Source of the DNA: Chiloscyllium plagiosum
Taxonomy: Eukaryota
Reading direction: 5' to 3'
Assembly: GCF_004010195.1 (NCBI RefSeq)
Contig: NC_057751.1
Coordinates: forward strand, 17,327,960 to 17,391,959
Length of the DNA stretch: 64,000 nt
The position numbers were made by a program, and so were the translations under genes. Shown one piece after another: positions 13,325 to 24,339 of the stretch. The first letter of the stretch is position 1. Each line of letters starts with the position of its first letter. The notes under the pieces are model-generated. The model had not been told where the DNA came from. It searched no databases and worked only from the letters and a program-made list of their open reading frames with translations.

Positions 13325-14307
13325 ATCGTTACTTAACCAACTGTGCAAGAATTGTTACCACTGGCCAACCTTATCTTTTCATACATCAAGAACAACGACC
13401 ACCCTCCATATTTCATAAACAAAGAACAATTACCAAAACGAACAAAAAACAACAGAGCAAGACATGTCAAGCTGAACATTTGACTACGGAAAAGGAATTA
13501 TTTTGTGAAAGAAAACTGTTGATTTGTACTCTGACTCTTGTGTGTAGTGGAGGATGACTGTAAGCAGGAGTTTACCCCAAGTGTCATAGGAATTCTGAGT
13601 GTAGCTCTCATGAAAACGTCTTTAGTTTCCCTGTGTGATCTTTCGAGGGCAACCAGAGGTCAAATGGAGGAGACAGCCGCAAGTAACGCAGGTTCTGGTC
13701 GGGCAGTTACGAGCTCAATGATATCGGCTGTTACAATTTAAACAGGCTGGCATGAACCACAAGGAGGAGTCCCACTGCCATTGACCGTGGTCTCGATTGG
13801 TGCAGGGCCACTACTATGATGCCCGGGTAGCTGTTGAGGTGTCTCCTCTTAGACTACAAATTCTGATTATACACTGATTGGTAGTCTGTCTTAACTCTGC
13901 TGATTCCACAAGGCCGCAATAGAACGATGGAGTTGATTAGGGATGTCTTCAAACCAGTCTAGATTGTTTGTTTTGACTGCTGTGACTACACAGGGCGGCA
14001 GGCAGTTTAATACCATAGAATTATACTGAGCATTAATAGCATTGAAATTCCAAGCCCGATCGCCAGAATCGAACTCATAACATTCTCGAAAATGGTCAAT
14101 AAAATCCTCAGCAGACTCTTTATTTTTGGTGCGAAGTTCAAGGATACGAGTAAAGTCTGCTATTACAGCAGATGCAGCAATGAGAATATTATCTTGTCTC
14201 TTTTGTTCCTGGACTATAACACTAGCAAAATCAGTAAACTTGTCATGATTAATGTGTTCAATAAACGGGCATAATCGGAGCGAGTAAACATTTCCTGTTC
14301 AAAATTT

Positions 14308-14622
14308 GGGGGGGCACAGTGGTACACTGGTCAGCACTGCTGACTCTCAGCGCCAGAGACCTGGCTTCATTTCCCGCTTCAGGCGACTGACTGTGTGGAG
14401 TTTGCACTTTCTCCCCGTGTCTGCGTGAGTTTTCTCCGGGTGCACCGCTTTACTCCCACAGTCCAAAAATGTGCAGGTTAGGTGAATTGGCCATACTAAA
14501 TTGCCCTTAGTGTTCGGTGAAGGGGTAATGTAAGGGAATGGGTCTGGGTGGGTTGCGCTTCGGCAGGTTGGTGTGGACTTGTTGGGCCGAAGGGCCTGTT
14601 TCCAACTGTAAGTAATCTAATA
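14308..14622 (+). mobile_element. tRNA-derived SINE (HE1/V-SINE-like), inserted in gag
   Basis: Same head, core and tail; TAATC-type 3' end. Confidence 0.88.
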
Positions 14623-15358
14623 TAATCATAAATGAGACCAAATGTCTTTTACTTTACCATCATAAATCTAATTGTAGTACTTAAGAAATCGACAGATTAA
14701 AAGGATAATTGACAAGTTTGAACTGGAAAGATATAGAAGTGGGCTGTGGAAGAGCGACGGGAATTCGAGAATTAAGTTAAACAGCAGTACATTCCAAAGA
14801 CTGATCAGATTGTAATGAAGAATTTAAAATGGGATCCACAAAAAAGATCACTCGTGTAAATCCGAATTATCATTGGCTTCTACGTTAAAACGAAAGCCAA
14901 CCATCGAACTGCGCAGTTCTGTTTGTTTACCAGTCACTTGTGACTTTTCCTTTTGTTTCTGATGTTGTTTTTCTGGAGCACATTCACTTTTCAGAAGTTC
15001 AACAGATTTCATAGCACCATTTGCAGTTACTTCAATCCCCAATATGGTGGTAGTATCTTGCCACGAGCGCAAAACTGATTCCTTGTGCCTGTCACCATAA
15101 AACTGTCGCCTTGATCCAATTAACTCTTTCCGACCCGCACCCATGTTACATTGCGAAATCAACTGATGATCTTATTTAACCAATTGAACAGCTTTATGAC
15201 AACCTCATGGCCGTTTTTCACCATGCAATGTTTTGTTTCGACCTTCGGACAGTTTTCTAAAGGCTTCAGACTTTTCCTGAAAATTTTCACGAAATTTCAC
15301 GAACGTTGATGGTGGATCATCTGCTCTTTCTGTGTAATTACCCAATACAAAATAACTT

Positions 15359-15663
15359 GGGTGGCACGCTGGCATAGTGGTTAGCACTACTGCCTCACAG
15401 CGCTTGAGATCTGGGTTCAATTCCTGCCTCAGGCGATGGACTGTGTGGAGTTGGTACTTTCTCCCCGTGTCTGCGTGGGTTTCCTCCGGGTGCTCCGGTT
15501 TCCTCCTACAGTCCAAAGATGTGCAGGTCAGGTGAATTGACCACGCTAAATTGTCGGCAGTGTTAGGTTAGGGGTAAATGTAGGGGAATGGTTGAGTTGC
15601 ACTTCAGCGGGTCGGTGTGGACTTGTTTGGCCGAAGGGCCTGTTTCCACGCTCTAATCTAATC
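15359..15663 (+). mobile_element. tRNA-derived SINE (HE1/V-SINE-like)
   Basis: AGTGGTTAGC A-box-like and GGTTCAATTCC B-box; (CTAAT)n tail. Confidence 0.88.
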
Positions 15664-15826
15664 TTCAGTTTTATATATGTTACTCACTGATCGGACTTCT
15701 CCAAGGCCTAATTATTTCACAAAACCTTTTTTTAACTAAATAACATTTTTATTAAATATCGCGATATTTTATTTAGAAAAATCAACTTAACTATTGTGTT
15801 TTTATTAGTAATTTAGAACTCCCTCA

Positions 15827-16178
15827 ACGTCAAATATCTGGGGCCTTCTGCATCCCCCAAAACATCAAACACCAGAGGCCTCCTGGCTCCCTAAAAACAT
15901 CAAATATCGGACGCCTCCTGCCTCCGTAAAGACTTGAAATATCGTGGGCCTCCTGCCTCACTGAAAACTTCAAATTTCGGGGACCTCTTGCCTCCCTATA
16001 ACTTCAACTATCAGGGGCCTCCTGCCTCCCTAAAAACTTGAAACATCGGGGTCCTCTTGGCTTCCTAAAACTTCAAATATCGGGGCCTCCTGTCTGCCTG
16101 AAACTTCAAATATTGGGGGCCTCCTGCCTGCCTAAAACTGCAAATATCGGGGGCCTCCTGCCTCCCTAGAACTTCAAC
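15827..16178. repeat. Tandem array of ~10 x 33-35 bp in the ERV leader
   Basis: Consensus ACTTCAAATATCGGGGGCCTCCTGCCTCCCTAAA repeated head to tail without spacers. Confidence 0.92.
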
Positions 16179-16717
16179 GCCTTTATTAAAACTGTTCAGG
16201 CCACCAGCCTCCGAAAACTGCTGAAAATACAAAGATCCGATTTTTTTAGAACCTGGAAATTAACAAAGTTCAAGCAATCGAAGATTTTTTAAAAATGGAA
16301 ATTAACAAATCTCAGGGCATCGAACATGTTTTTGGAAATCAACGAAGCTAGATAAATCGATCTTGAAAACCCAGAAATTAACAAATCTCGAGATGTCAGA
16401 GTTTAATACTCCCCTCAGAGTTCAGCAATTTTCGGAGACCACTGTCCAAAAGTCCCAAAGCAAACTCAACCTCAATTAAATTTCTCCCCCCTTTTTTAAA
16501 CATATAAAAAGTCCCCCAGACCCAACCCGCGCTAAGACCGATCCTTTCGGGCTGGACTGGAAAATGAACAGTGAAGGGTCACGTCAGACACAACGTGAAT
16601 GAGAGGAAAAGCAAACGCTCTTAAAATACTCACGCCTGACCGGCTGAATTCCACAACACTCAATAGTGAAGGATATTTAACATTACACGACAGTTCGCAA
16701 TCTGCCCGAGCCTAAAA

Positions 16718-16732
16718 CGAGTCATGGCACCA
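16718..16732 (-). promoter_or_regulatory. Retroviral primer-binding site, tRNA-His type
   Basis: Minus strand TGGTGCCATGACTCG, 3 nt after the LTR's terminal CA; matches 14 of the first 15 nt of TGGTGCCGTGACTCGGAT, the complement of the vertebrate tRNA-His 3' end. Confidence 0.82.
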
Positions 16733-16735
16733 AAA

Positions 16736-17405
16736 TGAAGATGTAAGACCCCCTTAAGAAGGCCGCTTTGGTTGGGATCGGTCTAAAGAATCGACAAATG
16801 CGGTCTGTTCAAAAAGCAACGGTCATTAGTTTATTGAATGAAAGTACCTTGACGCAATTCTATCCAGCAACACAGGGGTTAAAGCTTCTGTGTTCCGTGG
16901 TGAAATGGCGCAGTTATATTTGAAAATTGCACATTATTTGTATGATTTTTTTTTCTCAAAGATAGTACAGCCTTCATTACAAGAAAGATCAATCGAATGT
17001 AATAAGGTGACATGATTTACAGCAAGTTAATCCAATGATATTTCCTGGGAAAGGGTTATTTACAAGAAAAGTACAATCAACTGTAATATGGTGGCATGAT
17101 TGACAACAGGCTAATCCAATGGTATTCCTTTGAGAAGAATCTTATTTATAGAAATTGTCATGCCGTGTATCAGTTCAAGGTTAAGTCGAATGATCAATTT
17201 CATCTGTCAGTATTTATTTTATGAAAACTATATTGTTCGCTTATCTTTGAATTTCAGCTTAATTCTGCAAATCAGAGGTACAGGTTCTTAGGATTCAATC
17301 AGTCTTCTCAGCCATTTTATAGAATTCTTTTAATTTGAAAAGCTATTCTGTGGTTATTCAAAATCTACATATCCTTGTTGCCTCAATTCAAATTTTAGAT
17401 CTTTA
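16736..17405 (-). repeat. ERV 5' LTR (copy 1, complete, ~670 bp)
   Basis: Aligns with 4902-5514 and 43648-44299; ends ...CTTCA 3 nt before the PBS; AATAAA on the minus strand at 16835-16830. Confidence 0.85.
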
Positions 17406-18900
17406 ACATACCTGGCTATCTTTGGGAAGAAGACCTACAAGACACTCGCATAGTTTGAAGCCAAGGCAACAGAGACACCGCAAGCTTTGAAGCCAAGCGT
17501 GTCCCGCTTGCTGAGTGCAAGCGGTCAGCTCGCTGGAACAAATTGCAGATTCACAGAGCTGCCAGGAACAAGGTTCATCAGACTTCCAGGCGTTGCACTG
17601 TCATGTACAGGACACAGCGAAGTGAGGAAATTCAGGTGGCCACTCTAATGGGTAACGTGAGGGGAATGTACAAAGGCATCAAGAATATACGAGGATGATC
17701 TGAAAGCAAGACAGGCCCCTTCAACCCGCTTAGAAGGGAGAAATCACAGACAAAAGCCAGCAGAAGACGAGGTGGGATGAACACTACTCTGATCTCGACG
17801 CCAGAGATGATACCGTGTCTGCTTCAGCACTTGATGTCGCCATATGCTTGCTGACTATGAAAGAGCAAGATGCAGATCCATCCTTAGAAAACTCAGCAAG
17901 GCCATGGATAGCTTGGCTCCGGTAAGACCCGGAGTAGCGACTGGATTCCTCCTGTTTGATCAAGTGCTGCAAAACAGTTTACAGCTCCCATTGCATGAAG
18001 TCCTCTGCCAATGCTGGCAAGAAGGAGTTGTCATGAGGGATGCCAATAATAGTGCCCACTACAACAGCAAGGTCGAGGGAAGCGACTTCAACATTTACAG
18101 AGGCAGCTCTCGCCTCAACACTTACGGCAAAGCCTTTGCTCGGTCATATTGACTCCCCTGGAGAAAGTGGCAAAATGTTGAAGATCAGAGGCACAGTGCG
18201 ACTTCCGACCAGTCATCACCATCGATGATTTGAACACAACGTTGCTCATCAGTTTGTGTACCTTGGCTCAACCATCATGAAAATATAAGCACAGTGCTGT
18301 AAGGCAGTGAAAATGGGACTACACATGACAGACAGGACAGAAGACTGAATACCTTCAATTTGAGGAGTATCTGCCTCATCCTGGACATGTCCTGGCAAGA
18401 CAGAATATGCAATGCCATGGTCCTAATTCGCGCTTGCCTTCGCAGCGTCCACAATGTGCTCAGGCAGCGGAGACTACACTGCCATGGCCACTTCCACCCA
18501 TTGGAGTATGGTCGCATCGCAATAGATATCCTCTATGGAGACCTTGCATCCGGGAAGAGAAACATTTGGCGACCATAGTAGGGCTTCAAAGACGTCTGTC
18601 AGAGGGACATGAAGGCGCTTGAAATCAGACTGGAATCCTGGAATGCACGAGATCTAGAAGCACCATGAACCAACACCTCAAAAAATGGGAGAAGAAGCTA
18701 ATGAGCACTACAGCAGAGACGCTGGCAATAAGAAATAAGTGTGGCTGTTCTAGCAGATCAACGACCACATACAGATGTGACCTCTGCTACCGGGTCTGAC
18801 ACTCCAGCATTGTTCTCTTCTGTCTCAAGCAACGTTGCTTCATGGAAGCAGGAACCGAGATCAACTAGGATACAACCTATTGTCAACCATTACCGAAAGA
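17406..18900 (+). mobile_element. RTE-clade LINE, degenerate 3' part (5' part at ~4660-4901, split by the ERV)
   Basis: LAIFGKKTYK...FEAK; LRSICLILDMSWQDR...LRQRRL...GRIAIDILYGDLASGKR; terminal RCDLC..V.HS zinc-finger-like motif, typical of an RTE ORF C-terminus. Confidence 0.8.
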
Positions 18901-18974
18901 GACCCACAAGCCATTCTTCCTCGTTTACTTCACTGTGATTCTGATTGTTGACCCAAATTCTCGGACTACTTCAC

Positions 18975-20260
18975 TCTGATTCTGCCAGTCGGTCACTTCT
19001 TCCAGACTGCTTCTCTGCAATGCTCACTGCAGTCAAATCGTACTCGCCTGATTTCTGAAGATGTTCACTGCAGGCGACCCTTTGCACATTATTTCGCTGC
19101 GGTGCTAACTGTAGTCCACTTTAACAAGACTACAGACCACTCTTCCCAGACTGCATCACTCAAATGGTGTCCTCAGGCCAATATCCCCAGTCTTCCTTTC
19201 CTGCACTGCATGCTGCAATCGCTCTTTCAAGTTCTTTCTCCTGGAATGCTCACTGCAGAATACACCTCCCAGAATGCATCATTATCATTCTGCCTGAAGT
19301 CCAATTTCCCTTACCACTGCTTTGACTGTCAGCCACGCCTTGCAAAATTTTACCCAGTAATGGTCGTAGCAATCTGTTCTGACAATTTACTTTAAATGAA
19401 ATTTGACCAGAGAGCCATCCGTCCCAGTCTTATTGACGGTGATGTTCTGTACAGGCCGCTCTCAACAATCATTTTGAATGCAATCTTGAATGAAGACCAT
19501 CCTTAACACAGTATTTAACTGCATTCGTCCCTGCACGCCACATTTCGCAGTCTGCATCACTGATTTGCTCACTCATCCCAAACTGATTCACTGCCATGTC
19601 GAACTCAGCCACCATCTTCTTAGACTGTCTCTGCGATACTCATGCCGGAAAAGTTTCGTGGCCTGCTCCACTGAGATAGTAACTTCAAGGCACTTATCAC
19701 TCGTGATTTTCCACGAGTTGCCCACTGCAGGTCACTCTTTACAAACTGCTTCATTGTGACACCCCTGGCACCGATTCTTCTCAAACTGCATCACTATGAT
19801 GCTATTGACAGGCCAATCTCCCGCAGTACCTAGTTGAATCCAGGCCACCGTTTGCAGACTAATTTAAGTTGTCGTACACTGCTGGCCACTTTTCCTCGTC
19901 TGATTCATTATGTTGCTCACAGTTGGCTACCATTTATCGACAATTTCCCTGTGACGATAAATGCAGGCCACATCTCACACACTGTTGCACTGCAGTGCTG
20001 ACTTCAGGTTATTCATCTTGGGCTGAATTACCAATATGCATTCTTGAAGCAGATCACACTCGCAGGATTGACTGCAAAACTTACAACCAGATATTGATCC
20101 CACTTTGTTGTTCTATAATTCTAAGTGTAGCCCATTCTTCCAGGACTAATTCACTTTCTTACGTGTATTATGTGTTTCTTGCCCAATTGCTTAATTGCGA
20201 TGCCCAGGGCAGGGAAAATTTCCAGACACCTTCTCTGCTAACTTTAAATCACTCTTTAAG
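18975..20260 (+). repeat. Highly degenerate ~40-bp tandem array (mirror at ~31440-32720)
   Basis: Recurring CACT..TCCAGACTGC.TC.CTGCA.TGCTCACTGCAGGC-like unit at ~40-bp spacing. Confidence 0.55.
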
Positions 20261-20283
20261 CATGTAGACACTCAAAGAAAATA

Positions 20284-20605
20284 GATTAGATTGCCTTCAG
20301 TGTGGAAACAGGCCCTTGGGCCCAGCACGTCCACACCGACCCTCTGAAGAGCAACCTACTCAGACACATTTCATTACATTTACTCCTCACTAATACACCT
20401 AACGCTGCAGGCAATTTAGCATTATCAATTCACCTGACCTGCACATTTTTGGACTATGGGAGGAAAGCAGAGCCCCTGGAGGAAACCCCCATAGATGTGG
20501 GGAGAATGTGCAAACTCTACATAGACAGTTGTCCGAGGCTGGAATCAAACCTTGGACCCTGGTGCTGTGAGACAGCAGCGCTAACCACTGAGACACCGTG
20601 CCGCC
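20284..20605 (-). mobile_element. tRNA-derived SINE (HE1/V-SINE-like)
   Basis: Reverse complement of the same family. Confidence 0.87.
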
Positions 20606-20609
20606 AAAC

Positions 20610-23580
20610 TATGGAGTCATTTTTTGAAAAGATGTAAAAATAGCATAAATTTGCAATGGTTGATTTTAACTTCAAATAGATTGACCGGAACTCGTTACCT
20701 TCGAGGAGTTTGGATGGGACTGGAATTTGAAAGAACATTAAGGAGAGATTATTAACATATCATGTAAAAAGTCCCAACTGGGAAGGGATTCACTGGGCCT
20801 AGATTTGAGGAATGAGGAAAATGACATGAATGAAGATTCAAGACTGTGGTATTTCGGGAGTAGACAACACAATGCCATGAGTTTTAAAATCTTCATTGAC
20901 GGGGACAACAGCAGTCTCCAAATGAAAGTGTTAAATTGGATGAAGGTGAATTGCATCAATATTTGGCAGGAACTGGAGCATTATTGATAGGAGGAATCGG
21001 TTGAGATAAACTGACTTCGGGCATATAGGTGCATTTGAAACGGTTTAGGTATGAATTGAGGAGCAGAATGTTCCTGTGAGATAGAAGAATATGCCTGGGG
21101 ACGTGAACCTTACATCGACAGGGATGTTATAACCTTTGTCAGAAAGATACAGGGAACACACATAATAGAAGGACAAGGAACAGCAAAGCCCTTGAAGTAA
21201 AAAAGGAAAGAAGGAAATAACTTCAACAATGTATCAGAAGGGCTAAATGGGTTCATGAAAAATCATTCACAAGCATGTTTAAGCAGAATACCAAGTCTTT
21301 TAGGACATATAAAAAAAGGCAAAATGATAGCCAGAGAAAGATTGGCACACTGTTGGAATAATGAATATATCTGTGTGCGAAGTCAGAATCGAGACATATA
21401 GTCCAAAATGAACACTTTCTGTGGGTATTCACCAAAATGAAGGATTTTTTTGACAGGTGATCTCAGGCAAGGGAATATCCAGTTTTTCGCCAAATTGCAG
21501 AAAAAAAGGAAGTGGTGTTGTGCGTCATAAATATTATTAAGGTAGTTAAGTCCCCGGGACCTGATGGACCCTACCCCACACTATTGAGGGAGACAGGTGA
21601 AGCAATTGCTGGAGCCCTAGAATCTACCTTGGTATCGCTTTGTGCACAGGAAATGTCTCAGAGGACTGGAGAATAGCCAATACTGTCCCGTTGATTAAGA
21701 AGGCTAGTAGGAATTATCCTGGAAATTACAGACCTGTGAGTGTAACGTTGGTGATAGGGAAACTTCTCGAAAAACATTTTTCAGGACAATTTCGACACAC
21801 ATTGAGAAACAAATGGAATTATTCACAATAGGCAGCATGGTTCTGTGCGAGAGAGACCGCAAACCATTAAATTAATCAAGTTTTACTGAGGAAGTGACAA
21901 AGAAGATAGATCAAGGAAAGTGAAGTTAAATGGTATCAAGAGTGATCTGGCAAGATGGAATCAGAACCAGTTCAATCATATCAGACAGATGGAATGATGT
22001 TTTTCAGAACGGAAGGCTGAGTCTAATGATGATCCTCAGTGATCACTGCTGAGACCTCTGCATTCGTGATCGACATAAATGATTTCGAGGACAACGTATG
22101 TGGTCTGATTAGTAAGTTTGGTACGATAAATGATTGGTGGAGTCATTATTACTGAGGAGGATTGTCAAAAGCTACAAGAGGATATGGATAATTAGTGGGC
22201 ACGGTCAGAAATATGCCAGATAGTGTTCAATCCGGACGAATGTGAAATGTTGCATTCTGGAAGAACAAGTCGTGATGAAAATTTTTAAAAACTGGTTATG
22301 AGAACTTTCTGGCTTATTTATATGCAGAGCCAGATGCCTTTTAAATATTTTAAGAAGTTAGCCTCGACTGTAACTTTTTCTTAAGTTAACCAGAGATGTG
22401 AAGTGGAAAAGAAGGGTTTGATGTAACTCATCAAACCACTCAGCTTTCAGCAAAATGCAGTTTAATCAAATTCTCCAGTTGAAACATGAAAAAAGAACCG
22501 GAACTTATAGTTCCTTAGCTATTGGAAAAATAACTGACCCAATCGAGCAACTTAGTTAAGGAGCTATTCCAATTTAACAACATCACACAAACACACCACT
22601 GGGAAAAAAGTTAAATTCAATTAAAACCTCTTTCATGAGGACGCGATCACTTCTAAAGAGATTTCCGAGAGATAAGTCAGTCAAGTGCATTCTGATGAAG
22701 CCTGTGATCTTTCTCAACTGCAGCAGCTTCTCACAGCTGCCGTTAAACCAAGCCAGAAAGAACTTAAGCTGGGAGAACGGGTCACTCCGCTGCCATTGTT
22801 AAACTCGTCTCTGTCTCGACCATTCACACCTTTGTCTTTACGACCGCAGATACAAAAATCGCAAGTACAAAGTAACGTTGTTAAAGTGAAAACATCGTCT
22901 GAAGACGATGTGGGTGTGCAGCTCCACAGACCACAGAGGGTGGCAGTGTGGTTAAGTAAGGCAGCAAAAGAAACGGCCGATGGTATGCTGACCTTCATTG
23001 GAAGGGGAATTCGGTATAAGGTTCGACCACTTATTATCACTGCAAATTATTATCACTTCAATTAGGCCACATTTGGAATATTGTGTACAGTTCAGTTCAT
23101 CACACGACCTGAAGAATATTGATGCTTTGGAGGGGGTGCAGTGAAGGTTTACCAGAATGTTGCCTTCTATGGACGATTTTAGCTGCGAAGAAAGTTTCAG
23201 TAGACTTTCTTTTAATGGAATGCAGGAGTTTGAAAGGTAACATTGTGAATGGCATGGATACTGTGGAACGTATGGGGCATTTTTCCCAGCATGGTGGATG
23301 CAATTATTGGGAACATAGGATCGAGCTGTAGGGGATAGGGGAAGTTGAAAAGAGATGTGTGAGACAAGTTTTCACACAAAGGGTAATCAGTTCCTGGATG
23401 GTGCTGACACAGAAGATGGTGGATGTAAATACAAAAGCATTGGAGAAGCACCCCAGTGAAAACATGTGTAGGTAGGGAATACAGAGATACAGATCATGTC
23501 AGTGAAGACAGTTTTAGTATCGAAGGGTAAAATGTGTCGACGCAGGCTTAGAGGGCCGAAGAGTCTATTCCAATAATGTG
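20610..23580 (+). mobile_element. Degenerate CR1-type LINE, with an unrelated ~600-bp insert at ~22275-22890
   Basis: KSPGPDG, EDWRIAN.VPL.KK..R..PGNYRPVS.T.VIGK (ORF 21640-21831), degenerate ISKF.DD-like motif and CR1 3' tail. Mirror of its 5' part at 29884-31090. Confidence 0.82.
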
Positions 23581-23599
23581 TTGATCTTTGTTGTAAACC

Positions 23600-24335
23600 T
23601 CCCTCTGAGTTTCCGCATCAAATGCTCCTTTGACAGGGATAGTGCATGGTGAGATATTGAATGAAGCTTCTTCAGCATTGTCCTCGTCAAACTCTCACAG
23701 GACACATTTGACATTGCGTTAGACACAGATTATAGCTTCCTGACACTGTCGTCATTAAATAATATATGATTGGAACAACACGGTGTTGGATACAGTGTAA
23801 TACATCACTAGAAGCCTCCCATAAAAACTCCAAGGACACGGACAGCGTGGATCAGATGCACATTAAAGTCCCTAGTTCAACGTCCCTATCAAGCACACCC
23901 AAGAATGGAACAACATTGATTTAGATACAGAGTAGAGCTGTCTTTAAACTGTTCCCATCTAACAAACCCAGTACAGGGATAGGAGGAGGTAAAAGGCAGA
24001 GGAAAGCTCTCCCTGTATTGTCCATCATTCATCATTCCAATTACTGGGATGGAATGTGTCTACATAGAGAGTGAAACTGTCCGGACACTGTCCTCATCAA
24101 ACTCTCCCAGAACAGGGAGACAACGAGGTTTGATAGAGTATAAACAGTATTCTGCACTGTCCTCAGGAAACACTCTCAGGGTTCATACAGCACCTGGTTA
24201 GATGCAGAGGAGAGGTCCTTCGAAAAGGCCCACATCAAACACTCCCAGGACAGAGACAGCATGACGAGAGGTGTAGAGAAAATCTCTTTGAACACTATCT
24301 TCATCAAACACTCCCAGGAAAGGGACAGCACGCAC
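23600..24335 (+). repeat. Degenerate 69-bp tandem repeat (~10 units); related units at ~27295-27570 and ~29070-29260
   Basis: AAACACTCCCAGG-like anchors at 24099, 24168, 24237 and 24306, exactly 69 bp apart. Confidence 0.82.
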
Positions 24336-24339
24336 CAAA

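Larger units (their letters stand above)
11449..13957. repeat. ~1.06-kb tandem duplication (11449-12506 and 12781-13957) separated by a Penelope-type fragment; includes (CT)n/(CA)n microsatellites
   Basis: Both units start TGATTTCAAATTGAATAAGG and end GATGTCTTCAAACCAG; the right arm has a single unit (~37130-38183). Confidence 0.92.
12165..15346 (-). pseudogene. gag: ERV gag remnant, copy 1, with tandemly duplicated 3' end
   Basis: Mirror of 35745-37472. ~12287-12165 reads CLNCNSLYHWARDCPTRNCLICGSLHHSTSNCPRKTTQGN*; a second, more decayed NC copy lies at ~13622-13745. Confidence 0.78.
4902..17405 (-). mobile_element. Degenerate endogenous retrovirus (class I, gamma/epsilon-like), copy 1: LTR-PBS-gag-(no pol seen)-env-LTR
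   Basis: Direct repeats at 4902-5514 and 16736-17405; ACAT on both flanks (4898-4901, 17406-17409); tRNA-His PBS; gag and env remnants on the minus strand. Confidence 0.88.
1..21811 (+). repeat. Left arm of large inverted segmental duplication (probably extends left of the window)
   Basis: Position 1 TTCCAATTCAGTCCACACGC matches the reverse complement ending at ~48941; 21792-21811 matches the reverse complement starting at 29884; many mirrored ORF pairs in the track. Confidence 0.95.

Noticed and set aside
15827..16178. CRISPR-like array
   Set aside because: Units are contiguous with no unique spacers, there are no cas genes, and the context is a eukaryotic ERV leader.
22275..22890. Possible solo LTR inside the CR1 element
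   Set aside because: It interrupts the CR1, but I could not define TG...CA ends or a TSD.
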